From Candidatus Hodarchaeota archaeon (GTDB taxonomy: Archaea; Asgardarchaeota; Heimdallarchaeia; Hodarchaeales; Hodarchaeaceae): DNA of 18,264 nt. Below the pieces are notes generated by a model that searched no databases, was not told the DNA's origin, and worked only from the letters and a program-made list of their open reading frames with translations. Of the stretch, positions 1-7,920 are shown in pieces (position 1 is the stretch's first letter; each line of letters starts with the position of its first letter). The stretch covers positions 1 through 18,264 of the forward strand of contig JAEOTC010000037.1 of assembly GCA_016840035.1 (NCBI GenBank). The letters run 5' to 3'. A program made the translations under genes and the position numbers.

Positions 1-1431
1 GGAGTCAAAGGAAATACCCAAACTGTTACGGATTATTATTTTTCTGTACCAGAAGAAATAGTAGAAGTGAGTATCAATGTTGATGGATCGGTTGACATAG
101 AATATTGGATTACATTTACTGTAGAAGCAGGGGGACAACCTATTGACATCGTAGATATCGGCTTTCCGAATAAACACTATGATTTAGGAAGTGTAACCGC
201 AGAGGTGAATGGACATCCTATTACAAACATAAAAAAATCAGAAGTGATTAGTATTGGAGTGGAAATCCATCTTGGCCAATACACGATTTATAATACAGGA
301 GTATTACATGTTAAGGGCAATCAACCGTATATGATATTTGAGGATACCGAAGAAGAAGAGATGGCAAGTGTAGAATTTGGCAATACGTGGTGGAATTCCA
401 GATTTACGACAGAAACAACAAATCTAACGACGAGAATAATCTTTCCCACAACAGTAGACAATACCACCTATACCAAATACCACCATTCTCACGCACCTGA
501 TCAAGTATATCTTTTGGGAAATGGGCGGAAAGTATTCGAATGGAATGAACCAACCGCTTCTCCCTCAATACAATATCAATATGGAGTTTCATTTCCAAAA
601 GAAGGAGTAAAATGGTACACGAGTATCCCACCCACAATGGAGGAGGTACTAATGACAGTAGCATTCGTGGGATTGATTATAGTAGTAATTATGGTTGCTA
701 GCTTAGTTTACATGCGGAAGCGTCGGCGGATGATGGATTATATACCGCCATTTGTCTCAGTGCCTACTGCAGGACCAATAACTAATCTTCGGAGAGAAGA
801 AGTCGCTATTGTCTTAGAAAAGCCTGTGAATGTCACCATCTCAATGATTCTTTTATCACTAATAAAAAAAGATCTCCTTCGACAGTTATCCCCAGATGAT
901 CCGTTTCCTACACCTGTGGAGACAACATCAAAAAAATATCTCCGAAAATATGAGCGAATAGTGTTGAATTCCATTCGTACAGATTTAACAATTGATGAAG
1001 ATATGATGGTGAAAGCAATATCCAGTTTGGTCAAAACAACGCAACGACGATTACGCGGGTATTCGTATGAAAGAACAGTAGAATATTATGAGAGGTTAAT
1101 ACAAGATTCTGTTGCTACAATCAAGTCAGAACCCGATCCACAAAATATCCCCAAAAAAGCGTGGTTTTGGGCAATTTTAGATGAAGAATTTCTTACAGAT
1201 CTAGAAGTCCAAATCCTAGCACGGGAAGAATACTACGGTTATTATCCGTGGTATTACCATTATGGATACCATAGATGGTACTGGATCCCCCATGGAAGAG
1301 GATTCACAAGTCGAGTGACACGTGTAAGTCATCCACTTCCTGTAAGTAGTGGAGGAAGTTCAAGAGGAGGCGGAGGATGCGCATGTGCCTGTGCAGGCTG
1401 TGCTTGCGCGTGTGCCGGAGGTGGACGATGA
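1..1431 (+). CDS. DUF2207-like single-pass membrane protein with Gly/Ser-rich, Cys-Ala repeat C-terminal tail (5'-truncated); putative radical SAM substrate
   Basis: Frame 1 is open from base 1 (GVKGNTQTVTDYYFSVPEEIVEVSINVDGSVDIEYWITF), so the true start lies upstream and GTG at 67 is probably internal. The beta-rich ectodomain starts with a DUF2207-like 'V.IN.DGS..I.' pattern. One TM helix (VLMTVAFVGLIIVVIMVASLVYM) is followed by RKRRR, then a helical segment (ISMILLSLIKKDLL...LRKYERIVL), then the tail SSGGSSRGGGGCACACAGCACACAGGGR*. Confidence 0.8.
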   Translation, partial: GVKGNTQTVTDYYFSVPEEIVEVSINVDGSVDIEYWITFTVEAGGQPIDIVDIGFPNKHYDLGSVTAEVNGHPITNIKKSEVISIGVEIHLGQYTIYNTGVLHVKGNQPYMIFEDTEEEEMASVEFGNTWWNSRFTTETTNLTTRIIFPTTVDNTTYTKYHHSHAPDQVYLLGNGRKVFEWNEPTASPSIQYQYGVSFPKEGVKWYTSIPPTMEEVLMTVAFVGLIIVVIMVASLVYMRKRRRMMDYIPPFVSVPTAGPITNLRREEVAIVLEKPVNVTISMILLSLIKKDLLRQLSPDDPFPTPVETTSKKYLRKYERIVLNSIRTDLTIDEDMMVKAISSLVKTTQRRLRGYSYERTVEYYERLIQDSVATIKSEPDPQNIPKKAWFWAILDEEFLTDLEVQILAREEYYGYYPWYYHYGYHRWYWIPHGRGFTSRVTRVSHPLPVSSGGSSRGGGGCACACAGCACACAGGGR

Positions 1432-2757
1432 ATGAACCCAAATGATGAACCAACACTCATACATCAACGAGAAGGCGAAGATGAAGACATCCGATTACAT
1501 CTACGTAGACAAGGGGATAGTGGCCTCCTAATAATTAATGCATCAAGAATATTGAATCTCAATTCCACCGCTACCTTTTTTGTGGAAAGAATTCTGAAAG
1601 GAAAAGCGGATGCTACAATAATTAAAGAGCTTAAAAGTCAGTACCGAGTAAGTGAGCAGCAAGCAACAACAGATCTACAATCCTTGAAAGAAATGATCCA
1701 GACACTCTCAACAACGGATGATATCTGTCCAATCCATTCCTTACAAGTGGAAGAATCTAATCTGACAGAGCTGAATCTAACAGCTCCTTTACGGATGGAT
1801 TTAGCAATCACTTATCGTTGTAATAACAAATGTGAGCACTGTTATAATCAACCAAATTCACCAAATGCAAGCGAATTAGATATTACTCAATGGAAAACGA
1901 TCTTAGAAAAACTGTGGGAAATCTCTATCCCCCATGTAACATTCACAGGGGGAGAACCAACATTACGCTCGGATTTACTTGATATGATTGACCATGCAGA
2001 GAATATCGGAATCGTTACAGGATTGGTAACAAATGGTCGAAATCTAAAGGATATCACTTATGTGGACAAACTAGTAAATTACGGACTAGATCATTTTCAA
2101 ATAACATTAGAAAGCGTAGATGAAAGAATTCATAACCAAATGGTCGGAAATGATCAGGCGTGGGGTGAAACAGTCGCTGGAATTAAAAATGCCATAGATA
2201 CCCCAATTTATACATTAACAAATACTACGTTGACTCGACTGAATGCACCAAAAATCGAAGAGACGGTGGAATTCCTAGCGAGTCTGGGAGTAGACCAATT
2301 TGCCTGTAATTCAATAATATATGCAGGAAAAGGGGAAAATGTATCCAATATGGCATTTACAGAGAAAGAACTGCTCCCCATCATAGAGACAATACAGGAT
2401 GCGGCAGATGCATATGATCTACAATTCATATGGTATACACCGACCCGATACTGTGAACTGGATCCGAATAACTTGGGATTAGGGGTGAAACGCTGTTCAG
2501 CGTCCCATTTAGCAATGGCAATCGAACCAAATGGAACGGTTATACCCTGTCAGAGCTACTACCAAGGATTAGGTAATATCCTCAATGATAGCTGGGAAAG
2601 TATATGGAATAATCCGATATCTAAAGACCTACGCACCCATAGAAATGTCCCAGACGAATGCAGAGATTGTAATCAACTAGACCTTTGTGGGGGTGGCTGT
2701 CCTTTGAGTTTCTATCGGGAAGAATACATTTGTCCCGAAAGCCAAGTAAATGATTAA
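1432..2757 (+). CDS. Radical SAM/SPASM domain protein with N-terminal PqqD-like (RRE) domain; peptide/protein maturase type
   Basis: CxxxCxxC motif CNNKCEHC (nt 1819-1842), FTGGEPTL and VTNG motifs. SPASM cysteines: KRCSA...IEPNGTVIPC...ECRDCNQLDLCGGGC. The N-terminal ~95 aa resemble PqqD (GLLIINASRILNLNSTATFFVERI...IIKELKSQYRVSEQQATTDL). ATG directly abuts the upstream TGA. Confidence 0.93.
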   Translation: MNPNDEPTLIHQREGEDEDIRLHLRRQGDSGLLIINASRILNLNSTATFFVERILKGKADATIIKELKSQYRVSEQQATTDLQSLKEMIQTLSTTDDICPIHSLQVEESNLTELNLTAPLRMDLAITYRCNNKCEHCYNQPNSPNASELDITQWKTILEKLWEISIPHVTFTGGEPTLRSDLLDMIDHAENIGIVTGLVTNGRNLKDITYVDKLVNYGLDHFQITLESVDERIHNQMVGNDQAWGETVAGIKNAIDTPIYTLTNTTLTRLNAPKIEETVEFLASLGVDQFACNSIIYAGKGENVSNMAFTEKELLPIIETIQDAADAYDLQFIWYTPTRYCELDPNNLGLGVKRCSASHLAMAIEPNGTVIPCQSYYQGLGNILNDSWESIWNNPISKDLRTHRNVPDECRDCNQLDLCGGGCPLSFYREEYICPESQVND

Positions 2758-2759
2758 CC

Positions 2760-3542
2760 TTGAACGACCAAATTAATACAATCGAAGCAGCACAGTATTT
2801 CAATAAGCTCTATGAGGAGCAGCTGACATGGACAGGAGCCACTAGAAAACGACTCTACCGAAAAATGAATTTGTTTCATATGAAACAGATCCTTGAAGTA
2901 GGATCAGGAACTGGTGCAGTTTTACGAGAAATTCAGACAATAAATCCACGAGCCACAGTAGTGGGGATTGATTGGAATTTAATTGCATTAAAGTATTCCA
3001 AAGGAGCATCAGATAATCCAAGTTTCATTCATGGAAAGGGAGAACTCTTACCTTTTGCAGCAAATAGTTTCGACATTACAGTGTGTCATTATTTTTTAAT
3101 GTGGGTAAAAAAACCACTTACGATCTTAGAAGAAATGAAACGAGTGACACGTGAAGGGGGATGGATAGCCTGTTTAGCTGAACCCGACTATGGAGGAAGA
3201 CTTGATTATCCTGCAAGCGAGCTGTGGTCAGAACTCTTTCAAGGATCATTATCGGCCCCAGATCCTTTCATTGGACGGAAATTACGAAGTCTCTTTTTTC
3301 AGGTAGGATTGAAAGCTGAAGTAGGACTTCAGTCAACAGTACTCTCCCCCGATATTGTAAAAGGCCTATACGGGTTAGAAATGGAGAAATTCAACCACTT
3401 CATACCGGAGAACAATTCAAAGATAACATTACTTCAAGAGATACTCGACTCATACGAATCTGAAGAATACTTTTCGTTTATGCCAGTATTTTATGGACTG
3501 GCACGCAACGTGAAAGAGGGAACCATCAAAAGTATCGAATAA
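2760..3542 (+). CDS. Class I SAM-dependent methyltransferase
   Basis: Motif I ILEVGSGTG, acidic motif VVGIDWN, LPFAANSFDITVCHYFLMW, EMKRVTREGG and AEPDYGGR. TTG start is 2 nt after the radical SAM stop. Confidence 0.92.
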   Translation: MNDQINTIEAAQYFNKLYEEQLTWTGATRKRLYRKMNLFHMKQILEVGSGTGAVLREIQTINPRATVVGIDWNLIALKYSKGASDNPSFIHGKGELLPFAANSFDITVCHYFLMWVKKPLTILEEMKRVTREGGWIACLAEPDYGGRLDYPASELWSELFQGSLSAPDPFIGRKLRSLFFQVGLKAEVGLQSTVLSPDIVKGLYGLEMEKFNHFIPENNSKITLLQEILDSYESEEYFSFMPVFYGLARNVKEGTIKSIE

Positions 3543-3570
3543 ATCGCAAAGATATTTTAGTAGGGACTTT

Positions 3571-3650
3571 TGGAGAAAAGAGAGGGGAGGTGGAGCGGCA
3601 CTGAAACAGCCCCGAACTAACCCCTACGCGAGATCTTGGTGAGATTGAGT
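3571..3650 (+). repeat. Dispersed intergenic repeat, copy A
   Basis: Aligns without gaps to 7503-7582 with 64/80 identities (hand count). Begins 29 nt after the methyltransferase stop. Confidence 0.88.
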
Positions 3651-3814
3651 CACAAGTAAACAGAAAATTAAAAGATACCAAAAAGCAGCCATATTGATCA
3701 AGGTACAAGGAAAGTATGAGCGATTTTACCAAAATCCACCTTCATCAGTCAAAGGCCTTATAAGAGTATTAAGGAAAGAATCAGACATTAAATACCCTCA
3801 AAGGAAGGGGTTCA

Positions 3815-5149
3815 ATGAAAAAATATTCCAACCAGGGGAAACACCTATCTTTCAGCTTACTGATAGCGATCGTACTGTTGGTCAACTTATCTCCTATCAT
3901 CTCAATAGATACCGTCCAAAATCATCAATTTTCTGCCGCCATAGGGAGCGAAATGGCTGATCCAGAAGAAATCATGCAAGATGTGTACCAGTACCTCTGG
4001 GATGGGGAGTATGGAGGAGTTTTCACGGAAATGAATAATGAATTATTAGTCACAGATAACAGCAAAGCCCTAACGAATCTTCTGCAACTTGGAAGAGCCA
4101 ATTTTTACCTGTATGAAGAAACTAATAATTCACAGTATCTTACACAGGCAGAAGCACTAATGGATTATATCAAGTACTATCAGGTGGTACAAGGAGGATA
4201 TATCTCGACGTTAGATCGTACATTTACCCAAATCATAGCCCCATACGTATCATTCAATCTCATGTCTCCACTTGTGAGCTACTATACAGAAATGTACTTT
4301 TATACCAGAAATAATACTTATCTTGACACAGCAAGAACAATCCAGAGGTTTATCGAAGAATATTTTTATGATAGGATAAATGGGGGATATTATAAGCATC
4401 TAGATTCCAATAACCAGCCTTACACGAACTTTTATCGAGTCGTGGGAGGGTATAGCTATTATCTAAGGTGTCTCCTTGATTTATACGAAACAACGAATGA
4501 GAGTGCATATCTCGAAAAAGGGGGATCTGTACTCAATGAAACCATTGAAATAGCTTGGGATTGGGAGTTGGGCTATTTTTATCCATATATAGATAATACA
4601 AATCAACCTGTGACAGCAATAGACATTTTCTACGTGGGTGAACAACTCTCGTTAGCACGTACTCTATTAAATTATGCAAAATATCATTGTAAAGAATATT
4701 ATGAAAATTTAGCGCTGTTGATAGTAGCAAAGGTATTTGAACATGGAATCAATGCGGAGGGGTATGTAATTCACAGTTTTTCTCCGGATGGAACGATTGA
4801 CAAAGCTGATACGTTTGTGAGTCGACAATATCATGCATTAAATGTCCTTGAAATACTCAAAGAAACACATCCCCTAACACAAACCCAGAGGGAATTCCTG
4901 AATACAAAAAATACTCTTCTTTCTAATTTTCAATTACAAACAACGAAATTGTATTTCCGAACAGCTAACGATCCCACAATCATTCCGTGGGTAAATTGTG
5001 GGGTGATCATGGCACTAAAACCGCAATTAAGTGATAAACCACCACCAAATACCGTAATAATCAGCGGATTTAGTTGGTTAGGAATAATCGGGGTCATCTG
5101 GATCATCAGGCTATCCAAGAGAAGAAAACGAAAAGATCTGGAGAGATGA
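3815..5149 (+). CDS. Secreted, C-terminally anchored (alpha/alpha)6-barrel protein (six-hairpin glycosidase / AGE-epimerase / GH76-like)
   Basis: N-terminal signal peptide. Repeated (W/Y)D...G(G/Y)(V/Y/F)(F/Y) motifs (LWDGEYGGVF, FYDRINGGYY, AWDWELGYFY) alternate with T.N..YL..(A/G) helices. C-terminus is SGF, a hydrophobic helix, then KRRKRK. Confidence 0.7.
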   Translation: MKKYSNQGKHLSFSLLIAIVLLVNLSPIISIDTVQNHQFSAAIGSEMADPEEIMQDVYQYLWDGEYGGVFTEMNNELLVTDNSKALTNLLQLGRANFYLYEETNNSQYLTQAEALMDYIKYYQVVQGGYISTLDRTFTQIIAPYVSFNLMSPLVSYYTEMYFYTRNNTYLDTARTIQRFIEEYFYDRINGGYYKHLDSNNQPYTNFYRVVGGYSYYLRCLLDLYETTNESAYLEKGGSVLNETIEIAWDWELGYFYPYIDNTNQPVTAIDIFYVGEQLSLARTLLNYAKYHCKEYYENLALLIVAKVFEHGINAEGYVIHSFSPDGTIDKADTFVSRQYHALNVLEILKETHPLTQTQREFLNTKNTLLSNFQLQTTKLYFRTANDPTIIPWVNCGVIMALKPQLSDKPPPNTVIISGFSWLGIIGVIWIIRLSKRRKRKDLER

Positions 5150-5174
5150 TCAAACGTAGAAAAATCTTACTAAA

Positions 5175-6311
5175 TCAGTTTTTTAGCCCTATATACATAT
5201 TTATCCCTTCTCCTTCAGTGTAAATCTTATTTTTGGCTAATTTTGTCAAATTACTTAGTTTTTTAACACCATACTTCTCTTTCCAAGTCGGATCGATTTT
5301 CGTTAAGTGAATACCTAATACAGATAACCTCACCCTTTTTTCATCGGTTTTCTTTTCGAGTTTTTTTAAGGTTTGAACCAGAAATGCAACAGCTTGATCC
5401 TGTGACGGGGCAGATTTCTTAAGTGTCTTCTGAGGAAGAGTATCTGAATTTAAATATAAGGAGAGAACTTTTCCTTTGCGTTGAGGAGTTAGAAATTCGG
5501 TTTTACTCACTTCAAGCAAATGTACTAAGGATTTGACTCCAAAACGTGTTTTCCAATTGTTATGTATCCTAGACATAGCTATTCCTAGTTCACTTGCCAA
5601 AATCCGTCCATCAACCTCAGGGGAGGTATTTTGAATGGCCTGATGAAGGAAATCTTGAATCTCCACCTTCTGTTTTTGACTGATCTTAGGTGGAGATTTC
5701 TTAACAGTTTTTGGGCGTTTTTCGATCTTATTGGCGATTGCTTGTTTTTTCGATTTGCGGAGGAATTGTTGAAGAAAGTCTTTGGTCAATTCAAAGGTTT
5801 CATCAGCAAGTTGTCTGAGATCTGTAGAGGTGGTCATCTTAGGACCATGAACTAATCGAACGATAACGCCAGAATGTTTAGCAATTTCAACAGAGGGAAT
5901 AAAATCTCGATCCCCTGCAACTAACACGATAAGACTGACCTGTTGACTAGTGGCGAGATGAACCATTTGGACAGCAAGTTGAACATCAACTCGCTTTTGT
6001 TCTTTAGCAATAATTACTTCTTGACAATGTGGACACTTGGCTTTCCTTTCCACAACATCTCCAAGGATTACTTCGAATCTGGGTAAGACTTTCAATCCGT
6101 CGTGAAAACTCTGACGGTAATTATCTTTACCATCAAAATAATAGGTGCGAAGACGAGAAGCAGGATGACATAATTCGTCACTCAATGTAATTAAATCAAT
6201 GTCAGAGACACCGACTTCCTTACGAATAAAATTCCAATAGCTGCCATCGAAAAGAACGGCCGCAATGGAGGGAAAAGCCTGTTTCGGAGTATTAAATTGT
6301 CGATCACTCAA
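5175..6311 (-). CDS. NYN (LabA/DUF88, PIN-fold) nuclease domain with two C-terminal LOTUS/OST-HTH-like domains
   Basis: NYN motifs LFDGSY, YYFDG, QKRVDVQLA, VAGDRDF and LADETF. A Lys-rich linker precedes two repeats of L.S.LG...W...(F/Y)GVK.L..L. TTG start with GAGGGA upstream. Confidence 0.85.
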   Translation of the reverse strand: MSDRQFNTPKQAFPSIAAVLFDGSYWNFIRKEVGVSDIDLITLSDELCHPASRLRTYYFDGKDNYRQSFHDGLKVLPRFEVILGDVVERKAKCPHCQEVIIAKEQKRVDVQLAVQMVHLATSQQVSLIVLVAGDRDFIPSVEIAKHSGVIVRLVHGPKMTTSTDLRQLADETFELTKDFLQQFLRKSKKQAIANKIEKRPKTVKKSPPKISQKQKVEIQDFLHQAIQNTSPEVDGRILASELGIAMSRIHNNWKTRFGVKSLVHLLEVSKTEFLTPQRKGKVLSLYLNSDTLPQKTLKKSAPSQDQAVAFLVQTLKKLEKKTDEKRVRLSVLGIHLTKIDPTWKEKYGVKKLSNLTKLAKNKIYTEGEGINMYIGLKN

Positions 6312-6340
6312 AATTTGATCCCTCTCGGTATAAGGATGCC

Positions 6341-6346
6341 TATAAA
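6341..6346 (-). promoter_or_regulatory. Candidate archaeal TATA box (TTTATA) for the NYN gene
   Basis: TTTATA on the minus strand 30 nt upstream of the start at 6311. A similar TTTATA...GAGGGATC arrangement precedes the 13481 gene. Confidence 0.5.
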
Positions 6347-6547
6347 CCTGAAAAGGATGTGTCCGTGTGAATAGAACTGAAGACTAGACCTAGTTTCAAT
6401 TGCAATTCAGTAGATCACAAAACCATTTTCACGCTTATAGGGCAAGAAGACATCAGAGATTCTTTCTTTTAAACTTTTTGATTCTCTTTTAGAAAAAAAT
6501 CCCCCGAAAGCTGTCAAATAATCGGGGAAAAAACATTCAATTAATTC

Positions 6548-6645
6548 GGATCCGAAGTAGCCTCAGATCAACCCCTCACGCGGGACGGTAGTGATGAGAA
6601 TCAATCGCAAACATAAGAACGACAAAACTCAAGAGGAAAAAGAAA
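6548..6645 (+). repeat. Dispersed intergenic repeat, copy B (3' half plus A-rich extension)
   Basis: GGATCCGAAGTAGCCTCAGATCAACCCCTCACGCGGGACGGTAGTGATGAGAAT matches the 3' half of copies C/E. The extension AAGAACGACAAAACTCAAGAGGAAAAAGAAA matches 8395-8425 at 29/31. Confidence 0.8.
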
Positions 6646-6704
6646 CCAAGAAAATTAAAGACTACAATACTAGAGAGGAAATGACTGAGGAAGGTTATAG
6701 AATG

Positions 6705-6775
6705 CTTATTATAATGTGGATACTTAACATGGAAACATTTAACAATAGTAACATGAATGAAACACATGGATACAT
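6705..6775 (+). promoter_or_regulatory. Candidate promoter and direct-repeat operator of vapBC module 1
   Basis: TTATTATAA TATA-like box near 6706-6714. Direct repeats ACATGGAAACAT (6727-6738) and ACATGGATACAT (6764-6775), with a weaker ATGTGGATAC at 6714-6723. Confidence 0.45.
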
Positions 6776-7069
6776 ATGCCCTCTTCAGTGACAGTAGACG
6801 ACGAACTACGAAGAAAACTTAAGAAATTAGCTGCTGAATTAGATACGACCCAAGGGGAGATAATATCACAGGCAGTCAAATTATACGAAAAAGAACTAGG
6901 GAAAAGACAGTATACCGTTATTCCAGAGGCTAGAAAAGCCATTAAAACAGCAGTCAATAGTCGAATTACCCTACAATGGAGAAGAGAGATCCGAAATGCG
7001 TTACAAAAACCTGGACCTCAGATCGAGGACCTACGGATATCCACCTGGAGTGAGATCAGTGAGGATTAG
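6776..7069 (+). CDS. vapB: Ribbon-helix-helix (CopG-like) antitoxin
   Basis: MPSSVTVDDELRRKLKKLAAELDTTQGEIISQAV is an RHH pattern. Overlaps the downstream PIN gene by 11 nt. Confidence 0.8.
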   Translation: MPSSVTVDDELRRKLKKLAAELDTTQGEIISQAVKLYEKELGKRQYTVIPEARKAIKTAVNSRITLQWRREIRNALQKPGPQIEDLRISTWSEISED

Positions 7070-7478
7070 TCTGGACAGCAATATTTTTCGTGACCAGGAC
7101 TTTATTGATTGGTTACAGACAAAAAAGGAGAAACTAACGGTGAATCTGTCGGTGATAAGTGCGTTAGAAACCTATCATTGGTACACGATTCGTGGGATTT
7201 CAGAAGAATTGTTTAAAAAAGATATGCAAGCACTTGGTGCCGTTATTAACGAGCTAGCATATTCAGCAATATTCTCCATTAGCAAAAATGCCAAGAAATC
7301 AGTCCTCCCAGTTAGACATCATGCGAGAGATTTTATCATCGGAACCCAGGCACTAAAGATGAAATCAAAGCTTGTAACATTTAATACAAACCATTTTGAG
7401 TGGCTAGGAGAAGAAAATCTGATCTCTCCAGATGAGTTGGTACTGGTGATTGAATCAGAGACAAAAAAAGTCACATAA
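7059..7478 (+). CDS. vapC: PIN-domain ribonuclease toxin
   Basis: PIN residues in ISLDSN, SALET, ARDFIIG and LVTFNTNHF. Start reassigned from 6996 to the in-frame GTG at 7059, which has GGAGTGA upstream and gives the usual PIN N-terminus MRISLDSN. Confidence 0.85.
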   Translation: MRISLDSNIFRDQDFIDWLQTKKEKLTVNLSVISALETYHWYTIRGISEELFKKDMQALGAVINELAYSAIFSISKNAKKSVLPVRHHARDFIIGTQALKMKSKLVTFNTNHFEWLGEENLISPDELVLVIESETKKVT

Positions 7479-7502
7479 CAGTAGGGAAATTCCTCAAGTA
7501 GA

Positions 7503-7582
7503 TGGAGAAAAGGGAGGGGAGGAGGTACTGGACCGAAACAGTCCCAAACCAATCCCTACGCGGGACGATGGTGAGAATGAGT
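7503..7582 (+). repeat. Dispersed intergenic repeat, copy C
   Basis: 69/76 identical to 14215-14290 without gaps. Lies between the two vapBC modules, 25 nt after the vapC1 stop. Confidence 0.92.
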
Positions 7583-7652
7583 AATTAAAAGAATGGGATA
7601 ACCATAACAATCCTTCAAAAAAGACCTTACAATGAAGGAATGAGAGGGAAGC

Positions 7653-7688
7653 TATAAGTACTCTGTGTGTGTATATACACATGTGAGT
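7653..7688 (+). promoter_or_regulatory. Candidate promoter and palindromic operator of vapBC module 2
   Basis: TATAAGTA at 7653-7660 follows a purine-rich BRE-like tract. A perfect 14-bp palindrome TGTGTATATACACA at 7668-7681 lies between the TATA box and the ATG. Confidence 0.65.
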
Positions 7689-7692
7689 CAAA

Positions 7693-7920
7693 ATGGGTAG
7701 TAAAACGATAAGTCTAGATGAAGAGGCATATCGAAGGTTAAAAAATGAAAAAAATGGAAATGAATCATTCTCTGATGTAGTAAAACGAATTACAGGACCA
7801 ATAAAGCGAAGATCATTAGCAGAATTTGCAGGAACCTGGAAACTGACACGTAAAGAAGACGAGAAGATGAAAACAGCATTAAAAGACCTAGAGGAACACT
7901 TCAATGATATGCTTGGATAG
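7693..7920 (+). CDS. vapB: Archaeal VapB-family antitoxin (DUF217 type)
   Basis: KTISLDEEAYRRLK.EK...ESFSDVVKR...L.EFAG.W signature. Overlaps vapC by 17 nt. Confidence 0.9.
   Translation: MGSKTISLDEEAYRRLKNEKNGNESFSDVVKRITGPIKRRSLAEFAGTWKLTRKEDEKMKTALKDLEEHFNDMLG

Noticed and set aside
1432-2757. Calling the radical SAM gene pqqE, mftC or an ahb/nirJ heme-synthesis gene
   Set aside because: No pqq, mft or ahb partner genes or precursors are present in the window. The SPASM motifs are shared across many subfamilies, so no gene symbol is justified.
6502-6527. CCCCGA/TCGGGG hairpin flanked by A-tracts as a terminator
   Set aside because: The stem is only 6 bp with a 14-nt loop and sits between divergent genes, with no annotated transcript to terminate. 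Too weak to call.
6996-7058. 21-aa N-terminal extension of vapC1 in the ORF track
   Set aside because: It lies wholly within the antitoxin gene. GTG at 7059 has an SD-like motif and gives a standard PIN start.
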